This document shows positions 53,281-64,000 of a stretch of DNA of 64,000 nt, piece by piece. This stretch comes from Eledone cirrhosa (Eukaryota), in contig OZ024743.1 of NCBI GenBank assembly GCA_964016885.1, positions 27,528,001-27,592,000 on the forward strand, read 5' to 3'. The notes beneath the pieces are model-generated. The model saw only the letters and a program-made list of their open reading frames with translations, ran no database searches and was not told the DNA's origin. The position numbers and the translations under genes were made by a program. Each line of letters opens with the position of its first letter. The first letter of the stretch is position 1.

Positions 53281-53873
53281 CTAGCAGTAAAGCCCGGCGT
53301 TGCTCGGGGTCGCTCAGTAGCTGTGTTAAAGTTACAATGTTAAGTTTCTTTTTTGGCTTAAAGTCTGTCTGCACGACTGTCTGTCTGCACGCCTAACGAA
53401 ATTTACAGATACATATATTTTAAATAAACTTATATAATTTTTGCTTTTTTTTACGAAATATTTGCTTGTTTTACGTAGTCTTTAAATAGACTTGTTTTCA
53501 AGTAAAAATATTGTTTTAAAAGGCTTTTAAATGGAAATGAAGCAAAACGGAAGCTTAGTGTTCGATCGTGTATTGTGTTAATGTCATTTTAAACGCTGAG
53601 AAAGCCAGCGTAATTTTTTTAATTTTTGCACGCAGACGCTCAATGTAAACAGAACAAAGGGAAATAACTGATCACTTACGCTCAAAAATCGATGCATTAT
53701 ATTCGATTTCGTCAGATAGGGCGGGTCAATTTGAAATATTTTTTTCCGATGTCTTCGCTAGGGCTCAATGTACAAGTATAGCAATTTCAGTGCAATTCCG
53801 TGAGAGATTCTAAGAGGAGATGTGTGCCAAAAATCGATAGACAGACAGACAACCTCAGTTTTATATATATAGA
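53281..53873 (-). mobile_element. Non-autonomous Helitron (593 bp)
   Basis: The minus strand begins a|TCtatatatataaaa, has (GTCT)n, and ends with the hairpin cccgagcaacgccggg then tttactgCTAG|t, so it is inserted between A and T. Confidence 0.82.
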
Positions 53874-54110
53874 TTGTTAGCTTCTTAAACATTAAATAGC
53901 CAATAACGGAGAACAGTATCCATACTCCTTTAATCTTTGCCAGACCAATATTATTGATCCACAATATTTGTAAAGGTATGCCCCCAAATGCAACTTTGCT
54001 CTTCATCACTCCGGGATCGATAAAATAAAAACCCGGTCAACTACTAGGGTTGCTTTAATCAATTAGAAATCCATATTTGTAAGTGTAAATTGTTTATAGT
54101 ATTAAGTGCT

Positions 54111-54215
54111 TCCCGCCGAGGTTAACTTTGCCTTTCATCCTTACGGGGTCGATAAAATAAAGTAACAGTAATACACTGGTTATTGCTGGCCTTGTGCCAA
54201 AAGTAGGAACAAGTA
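54111..54215 (+). mobile_element. 5'-truncated OK-like SINE
   Basis: cccgccgaggttaactttgcctttcatcc...gtgccaaaagtagg; flanked by agtattaagtgctt(c) direct repeats. Confidence 0.85.
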
Positions 54216-54459
54216 TTAAGTGCTTCTCAAATTATTCTATACCTCTATGTATGACTCGTTTATTATGGGATTTCAGGTGAAGCTGGTTGTAGATTGAACT
54301 CGGTCATAGTCTGTCAGAAGAATAGTGATTCATAAAACTTGAAACCATATGGTTCTATGTTTAAACTTATTGCATAACACATTCAAGAAGTGTCTTTTTC
54401 ATAGCCTTGGTGTAACCAATGCTTCATAAGTAGAATTTGATAGCCCGTCGTATAAATAA

Positions 54460-54485
54460 ATATATATATATATATATATATAGAC

Positions 54486-54573
<88 letters not shown>

Positions 54574-54721
54574 GTATGTTTATATATATAAATATATGTA
54601 TATATATGTGTGTGTATATATATACACACATATATATACATACAGATATATAAACATATACATATATATTATACATATATATATGTATGTATATATATGT
54701 ATACATATATATATATGTATA

Positions 54722-54801
<80 letters not shown>

Positions 54802-54810
54802 TGTGTGTAT
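54460..54810. repeat. (TA)n-rich microsatellite
   Basis: Seen directly. Confidence 0.97.
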
Positions 54811-55371
54811 CTCCACATCTATGTTTACCTATGGGTCTCTGTTTATGTTCCGTAACTTAAAAATCTGTAAAATATATAACAGACTTGAGAAAATAAGTAC
54901 TGTAATTTCTATGATCGCCTAAATCAAAGCGGTGCCTGAGCATGACTGCAGGGTAATGATTGAATCCAATAAAATAATTAAAGTATATTACCCTACGTTG
55001 CTACAAGAGTCCATATATTTTTGTGGAAGAAATGTCATTATTTGACATGTATATTGCAAGTAATTTTTGTATACCCTCGACAGATGATATCTCAAACTAG
55101 TCTCTATCGAGACTAGAAATCAACGGCTTTAAGCTGTCTTAGAAGAAGTGTTTAATTCTCAGTCGAAATACCTTATACTATTTATTCTGATTCCCTGCTT
55201 TCTCAGTTTAAATTCCATTGTCATTTATCATCCTCCTATGGATTGAGAAATAGACAACGCATTAGCCCAGGGCAGTGCGCATACACACACACATATATAT
55301 ATATATAGAATATATATGATGTTTGTGTATGTGTGTGTATCTTCCCCATTCTCATTTTCTCTCTTTGCCTG

Positions 55372-55532
<161 letters not shown>

Positions 55533-56229
55533 CAATATATGTGTGTTTTCTTTCAGCTTGAGTTATTGAAATGCAAGTAAAATCAAATTCTTTTATCTCA
55601 GCATTGCATGGAATAATAATTTCATATAGAATTATCATGATTTTCTTTTTACAAATTGGTCACTGATTTAGAGCTATATTTCCCAGGCATATATATTCTC
55701 TTGGCATAATTGGATTTAAGAAAATTAGAAAAGTGGCCGTCAAAGCGCAGAAGACTGATAATATGATAATAATCGATATAAAATAGGTGATATGAATGAT
55801 ATATGATAAAGGTGCAGACAGAAAAAGAGGCCAATGACTCCTCTTAGGAATCGTAAATCATATCTCTTGGGTACCGAGGGAATGTGTTAATGACCTGCTG
55901 ACCACCCATTGCCATTTTTTATAAGATTTCAATGTTTGAGCTACGAGAGTAAACATCCGCTCAACATTGGACAAAATTGAAATTCGTAATGCAGTCCTCC
56001 CAACGGAGAGGATTTTATTTTACCCATTGTGTTTTCAAATAATCTGTATACATTATTAACTATTAGTATAGTCAGCTGCGCTGCGACGACTACATTCACA
56101 ATTTCAAATTTTCCAATGCTTCTTCAGGCTACTGGGTATTTGTATTTCTAGCTGGAGCTGAAATACAGATATTCTGAAATACAGATAATACTGAAATTCG
56201 GATATTCTTGTGTTAAAAATATGAAATCC

Positions 56230-56900
56230 TACATTACCACTAACCCCAAGAGCTCACCTCCGCCTGGATGTTCTTGCAGAAGGCCAAAAGCATGCCCCCT
56301 TCAATAACAGTGTAACATACCCGCAGTAGTCTATGGGGCTGAAGTTACATCCACTCTGTCAAACAAACAGTAGGAGATCAAAACACATGTACGCATGGTG
56401 GAGGGTGGGTTTAAAGAACGCTCCCTTAACTATCCGACGACTTCTAGACACTCTGATAAGTTATCGTCCATGAAACTAGCAAGCCACATACGATCATTCA
56501 AAGATGCAGACTTGTATTACCCCATTCAATGGAAAGGTCTGACCAAATCGAGGCCATACGGACATGGGGATTTGTCCTGTAAGCTATGTAGTGGTGAAAG
56601 AGTGAATATCCTGCAGAGATTACGTGATAGTACTTGACTTAACACAAGATTCAACTTTTTAATCGCTGCCCCAACAATGTGAAGTACATGTTACGTAACT
56701 GCAAAAATCCAGGATAAATCTTTCCCAGAATGAACTAGCTCAAACAAAAATTGTCTCCACCGCATTAGTCTAACTTGAGTTGTCTTACCATCGTCCAATG
56801 CGCGGAATCCAGTCAGCTCATATACACTTCAGTTCTCAGCAGAATCACACTCGGATGGAAAATCTGCTAGGTGAAACGCGCGTCCTTGAGTATAGTTCGC
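56230..56900 (+). mobile_element. Decayed PLE 3' fragment (GIY-YIG), related to 2042-2431
   Basis: EGGFKERSLNY..SSMKLASHI..CKLC; HHR 3' half gaaacgcgcgtc at about 56873-56884. Confidence 0.75.
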
Positions 56901-57040
56901 TAATTTATTGTGGAACCCTCTCTCCCCCTCTCTCTTTCTCTCAGTTTCTGTGTCTATTATAATTGTGTATGCTGACTACAATATATGTTGTTCAATTATA
57001 TGCAATACTGAATTATTTATCACACTTCATCAGAAAGCCT

Positions 57041-57345
57041 ATAATAATTGTTTCTACTTTTGGCACAAGGCCCAGGTACTTTATTTTATCGATCCCGTAA
57101 GGATGAACGGCAACATTAACCTCGGTGGGATTTGAACGCAGAACATAAATCTATGCTGCAAACCATAGTGTCTGACGAGCTACCGCTCTATAATAATGGT
57201 TTCTCATATAGGCACAAGATCAGCAATTTTTCTTTTGGTGGGGGAAGTCGATTAAATCGACCCCAGTGCATTACTGGTGCTTTATTTTATCGACCCCGTA
57301 AGGATCAAAGGCAAAGTTAACCTCGGGGGGATTTGAACATAGATG
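57041..57345 (-). mobile_element. Two OK-like SINE copies (internally deleted or truncated)
   Basis: The SINE core cccgtaaggat.aa.ggcaa..ttaacctcgg occurs twice. Confidence 0.8.
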
Positions 57346-58328
57346 GAATCAACTATTCACTATGCGGTAGAATTCAGCAATGGGATTTTCGTTTAAGAAA
57401 ATGTAAATAAGTTAAAAATAGAATGAAATACAGTCAGTTAGTGTGATAGTAGAGAGGAAAGTGAGTGGGTTAAAGAGTTTCACATTATCAATCTGTGTGC
57501 TGTGATGTGGAACAATTATTTGTTGATAATTGGTATAGGTGAAGGTTTAATGTTTACCATATTTGGTCGAGAGGGTAGAGAAGTACGGAAAAGGAGAGGG
57601 TTGACATTAGGAGTAGGGTAGAGTGGTTAAGGAGGAAAGGAATTAAGAAAATGAGATTCTTTTGAATATTACTGAATTCTTTGGGTAGGTGTGAAAAGTT
57701 CAAATGCCACAGGAAATGTACTGAATAGGATGTAGTAAAACCTAGGTATTAGGGATCGAATCTTGTTCTATCCCAGTTCCTATTTAGCGAATGTTTTAGA
57801 AGCTTGTGTTTACAATTAAATATCCTATCGTGCCGGGAATTTAGAAGATCCTTTCCGGTCGCTATTACAATTATCTCTAGCAAATATAATTCACAGGGGC
57901 TAAACTGGGTTTTTTAACGTGTGAGTGTGCACATACCAACTTTGATTGAAAATATTTGAAGTGGAACCCACGTATTTATATATTCACAGTGCACATTTTA
58001 CCACACATTGGTAAATGATGTTTTTGTACAAACATTTACCAGATAACGGACAATTGCTGAGATTTCTGCAGTTGCTGTTTGTCCGTGCATAGTGTGTGGT
58101 TTCTTCTCTGGTTCCCGTGTTATATATATCCTTATTATATAGAAAAATGAGTTCTACTTGACTAGAAAAGTTTCATCAGTTTCATTAATGATTCCATACG
58201 AATGAAACAGTTGTAGATCAGTAGAATTCATTTGTATATATAATAAAGATGCATATACAGTACCAATATTTAAGTACCTCTTTTCTCTGTGGTCTCCCCA
58301 CTCCCAGCACAATCTGGGAATCTGCATA

Positions 58329-58365
<37 letters not shown>

Positions 58366-59187
58366 CTTTCAAACTGCTTTCTTTCACATCCTTATTTGTT
58401 TGCTCGTTTAGTCACTTAATCACTTAGTTCTATGTGAATTTGTAAAGAAAAGGGTTTAAGACAGGGTATCTGATATCTTACAAGCTTCAAAAAAGATCGC
58501 AATATATATATAAATTTGGTAACAAAAATAATGACGAAAAAAATAATCAAAACGGACGTTACTAGAACATATTGTGTGAATATTTTCCTAAGATCAAGTA
58601 ACATGATTTCCTGACATCTATGATACTTGACAGCTAAATCGAATATCTTCGAGCGTGTTATGAAAAATTTAATGTAAACTAACCTACTACAGTACACTCA
58701 GCTTATAATATTGATAGATACGAAGCCATCAATATATTGTATACCATCGTGATCGTAATAACATTCGTAATTATAGTGTGTCAAGTCTTATCTCATAAAA
58801 TCTCTTTTTTTAATGATATATTGCTATGTATAAGATCTTCAACACGAGTGCATGGGTACTTTCTCATTGCTTCTTTGAATAATATAATAACTCAATTCTT
58901 TATCCATCGTTTAACATAAGTACATAGGATTATCATAATTTACCTCATATTTATTGTACAGAAAAATATTGGCTATAATATTTCTAATGAGAGTGAATAT
59001 AACATTTAACATTTTTAGCGGACAATTCTAGACTTTATCAAAATTGATGTTTAAATTTGTCAAATCATTAAACTAAATTTAGTATGATATCTGTCATGAA
59101 ACGGTCTGTTAGGCTTTCGTGATATTCCACCTCTCTATATTGATAAACCATGTCCTAAATTATGTAAATATATACGTGTATAAATGA

Positions 59188-59224
<37 letters not shown>

Positions 59225-59248
59225 CATACACATACATACATACATACA

Positions 59249-59332
<84 letters not shown>

Positions 59333-60780
59333 GAGAGTCATTTATATAGACAGTGAAGTGAAAACGCTACAGATTGATTTAGATTCTATTCTGTCTCGCA
59401 ACCTGAAGAATGGCAGATGTAATAGCACCAAACACGCCATACAACGAGGTGACAAGCTCCGATTGAAAGGGTTTATCTGTGAACATAATTGACATGAACT
59501 CCCCCATAAAATCAATAGACAAGTATTATTTTTGCTGTTCTATGCCATGAGGGTTTGACGTATTAACATTTCCAGAAAAGACTATTGCGCTCTGTAGACG
59601 AGACTGAAAAATATTGTTGCCGCGTCCAATTGTACGCTCTCATATATCTGAAGTAACCATTTCCAAACACGTACAGTGCCCAATATTATAAGTTTGTGTT
59701 CGAAATCAATATCCGTACATATTTCATATCTTATTGAGCTTTATTTGATTGCTGAAAGAATTTTGAATAAACCATCGTACCAAATGTTGTTTAGCACCTT
59801 GTCACCTAATCTAGCAGACGTAGAATGACTGACGTGCCAGCCATAATGAACTCATCTCTTCATTCGGCCATAATGTCTTTTGGTTAATATTATACGATTA
59901 GACATTTTAATTTTAAGACGGTTAGGTTTAATTGTAGGGAAATTTGATTGCTATTCGTTTTTGTAATCCTTTTGATCCAGAAGGCCCTCCAATGCGATTT
60001 GGCTACCGTTTATGTAATTCTTGAACAAGACAGAACGACCACATTGCTCACTATTCTGAAAATGTTGAACGTAGAATGGTATACCTTAACATGAGTTTAA
60101 CTATCTTAATCTATCACGTAAAGAGCATTAATTTTCCAACACAGCATTTCGTATAAACTATTATTAAATTTATGTACGCACGACAGTTCAAAGAAAATCA
60201 ATTTATAATTGATATGAAATGTTAGGCGTTGTCATACCTATAAGCCACTAGACTAGAATATATTTTAGCAAGAAGCTTAGAATATCATTGGCATTATTTA
60301 CTATCATATCGTAATTTGATTTCATTCTTCCAGATTCCATAAGTCAGTACAATGACGCTACTGGCACAGTTAAACCATAGTATATTTTACAATGAGATTT
60401 GTTATAAGCGCGCAAAAGCTAAAATATTTGTCAATCATCAAAACAAATATTTCTTTTTAAAAATCAATATTAAATATTCAGTATTTTGTTTACAATAACG
60501 GTACATGCTAGACACATTAGATAATGCCCGACTAAATATTTAACTACAGATATTTACATTCTGTGCAAAGCATCATGAAGTGCATTTAACCCTCCATCAT
60601 CTAGGCTACGTAAAATAGTGCCAGTAATGTACAGTAATACGTTAGCAATACCTCTATACTATACATTAGAAGTTGTGCGTCTAGGAAAGAAGGCATTATA
60701 TTTAAGACGTATCGGTACAAACCACTTATTTACCGTATAGCTAGAGCTGGGTGGTTTATTTTTGAGCTATGTCATATACG

Positions 60781-61210
60781 TGTTGTTGTTGGTGTACTTG
60801 TTGTTGTCGTTGTTGTTGCTGTTGTTGTTGTTGTTGTTTTTTTGTTGTTGTTGTTCTTCTTCTTCTTTAACTAGGTCCTTGAGTTATTCGATTTGATGAA
60901 CCACCCCCATTGATTTGGCTGGAGCCCCAAGCGAGACTAGCCGAGCTCATGGATGTTATCCAACCATCTTACTCAGGGTCTCCCCCTTGGTCTTCCGCTG
61001 GTTGGTTTTGCCCGTAAAATTCGTCCAGCAATTCATTCTTGGGACATTCTAACCACATATTCATAGTATCAGAACTGTGATCTCTCAATTCGGAGAAGTA
61101 GCAGCTCTACTTGAAGTCACTCTCTGATATCCGATCTATACACTCTATCAATTAACGTTACTCTATAGATCCTTAGAAGGACCCCCATTTTGGCTGCTTG
61201 TATTCAGGAT
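60781..61210 (-). mobile_element. RTE-clade LINE 3' fragment with (AAG)(AAC)n tail
   Basis: Minus translation IQAAKMG..LLRIERSQ..VVRM..GRPRGRP..WLDNI. Confidence 0.75.
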
Positions 61211-61729
61211 CGTATTGGTTCGATCATTAAAGATAAAAGCTGAAGAAATAATATCAGTTTCCTTTTATGCATGGCTTAAATGTAATATTTGAAAATATGT
61301 ATTGTAGTCTCTATCCAAAGCTGTAAGAACTGGCGATGTACCTGCAACCTGTCCTGGGAGTCATGCGATGGATGCACAAAGGTTAAATATACACTTGATA
61401 CAAACAATTAACAGTTTCTATGGACAAAACCTTCTTGTCGTGGTTGGCAATAAGCACTAGACAAACTATATAAATGACATTTTAATTACTTCCATTCCTG
61501 AAATAGATGCACATAATCTATGATTCTGTGGTGTGTATAGAGATGTCAGCTGTTTGTTTGATGTCATATTTCGTCTACTGCACAGGGGACCCTGAATTTA
61601 AGGAAAAAAGTACAGGCCTCTGATGAATGATTCTACTACACAAATGTCTGTAAAACATTTTCTCAATTTCCTTTGGTTAACAAATATCTTCATATTTCAA
61701 GCATCTTTTTTATTATTATAGGGTGGCAA

Positions 61730-62122
61730 AAGGGCAGTAGATTGGCAGTATTGGTAGCGGGCCTTGCAGCATAGAGTTACTGCCCTTTATGATCTAAGTT
61801 CTAATCCCGCCAAAGTTAATTTTTCCTTTCATCCTTACGGGGTCGATAAAATAAAGTACATGTAATGTACTGGGGTAAATGCTGGCCTTTGCCAAAAGTA
61901 GAAACAATTGTTATAGGGCGACGGATTGGAGGTATTGGTCGAACGTCGGGCAACATGTTTTACGGCCCTTTACATACTGAGTTGAAATCCCGCCAAGGTT
62001 AGCTTTGCCTTTCATCCTTACAGGGTGATAAAATAAAGTACCAGTAATGCACTCTGTTAGATTTAATCAACTTTCCCCTTCCCCCAAATTGCTGGCCTTA
62101 TGCCTAAAGTAGACACAATTAT
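61730..62122 (+). mobile_element. Two tandem OK-like SINEs
   Basis: attgg.ag.attggt.g (A-box-like), B-box-like gttctaatccc and gttgaaatccc, core, and agaaacaatt/agacacaatt ends. Confidence 0.85.
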
Positions 62123-62169
62123 GATAAGAGAATCTTGGTGAACAATCCAATACATTACGTTCTAACTAT

Positions 62170-62358
62170 TAATAATTGTTTCTACTTTTGGCACAAGGCC
62201 AGCAATTATACCAGTGCATTACTGGTACTTTATTTTATCGACCCCGTAAGGATGAAAGGCAAAGTTAACCTCGGTGGAATTTGAACTCAGACCGTAAAGG
62301 GCCGTAACACTACACTGTATAGCATGGCGTCTGACTCTCTACCGATACTGCTAATCCA
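62170..62358 (-). mobile_element. OK-like SINE
   Basis: Same core on minus. Confidence 0.85.
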
Positions 62359-62974
62359 ATGTCAGATAGAACATCGCTTCACTATATATTCTCTAACTTT
62401 TGACACTTCTGTCTAAACTAAACCAAATACATCTTGTGGAAATATCCAGATAGATACTCGTTACATGTTCAGCGTTAAATTACGCAGAAATAAATCTGTG
62501 CTCCAACATGTCTCGTTATTTATGTACAAATTAGTAGTAAGCTATAAGATCAGTCAGATAAGTTTGTAAATAATGAGCAACATTCATGTCTTATCCGTGT
62601 AACAGTTGAAATTAATGATGGCTAGTCACTGGTGGCTTTCTAATTAGCAACTATTGATAAGTAACTCGTATTCTATGATATTTACACTTCTCACATCACT
62701 TTTAGGTCGTATTAAATAGCAATCACATATATTTCTTTCAATTTTCCTCATTCTAAATAATTTACACATTTAGAATTGGTTTCTGTCAGTCGTAAAAGAA
62801 TACAGGAGCACATAACTATATTATCATATCTATGTATAGAATAATAATATCAGATTTATAGGAAACGACAAACAGAAACTTGTGAGGTTGACACATTTTT
62901 AAAGAGTCACTATATACCTACCTGCATACATAAACATATACACAGATTCACAGATCTATCCATACACACATACG

Positions 62975-63500
<526 letters not shown>

Positions 63501-63652
63501 GAAAACATATATGTATAAACATATTATATATAATATATATAACCAAATATGTATAAACAATGAATTGATATATATATTGTGTTATATGGGCTATTCAATG
63601 GAACTTAACCAATCTGTCAAATACACCGTTTTACAGACAGTGTAGTGTGTCC

Positions 63653-63740
<88 letters not shown>

Positions 63741-63745
<5 letters not shown>

Positions 63746-64000
63746 GTGAGGTTTTTGATATGAAATCGTGTCTCGAAACAAATATTGTTATACTTGGGGT
63801 GGATCATATTGTAATAATATTGCCAGAATTAATAACAGAACACACTCACTGTTTGGTTGGTTTTCGCTTCTGTATCTTTTATATCAGTTAATTTATTCGG
63901 TCCTCAATGTTTACCATTGACTGACCAACGGTAAAAAATACAGATATGATATAGACACAAACACATATATATAGTCTAACAAAGTTCTTTCGTTGCAAAT
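63741..64000 (-). mobile_element. 3' pLTR of the Naiad-like PLE family seen at 37519-37800 (runs off the window)
   Basis: Collinear with 37533-37800. Confidence 0.88.

Noticed and set aside
61311-61384. Possible Cys-rich plus-strand exon (SIQSCKNWRCTCNLSWESCDGCTK); also a donor-like site at 52711
   Set aside because: Weak splice signals, no coherent multi-exon ORF and no recognisable product.

Overview
This is AT-rich, microsatellite-dense eukaryotic DNA. It is very likely from an octopod cephalopod, inferred from about 15 copies or fragments of a tRNA-derived SINE that matches, from memory, the octopus OK-type SINE. No host protein-coding gene is confidently recognisable and the window is almost entirely transposon-derived. 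It holds one intact R4/Dong-clade LINE (1216-aa RT + CCHC + RLE ORF) plus three truncated Dong copies, CR1-like and RTE 3' fragments, at least seven Penelope-like element (PLE) bodies (RT and/or GIY-YIG), a non-autonomous Helitron, a TIR MITE and a hAT transposase fossil. The main signal is a system of non-coding repeats carrying type I hammerhead ribozyme (HHR) motifs, inserted into (TA)n tracts as divergent inverted structures. The largest is a 7.76-kb array of about 16.6 apparently identical 467-bp units (5 on minus, 11 on plus, one HHR each). There is also a 540-bp x3.4 HHR array, a decayed 497-bp array and several small fold-backs. Two HHR families carry a non-canonical CAGAAGA core. All calls were made by eye: boundaries are approximate and ribozyme activity is inferred, not shown.
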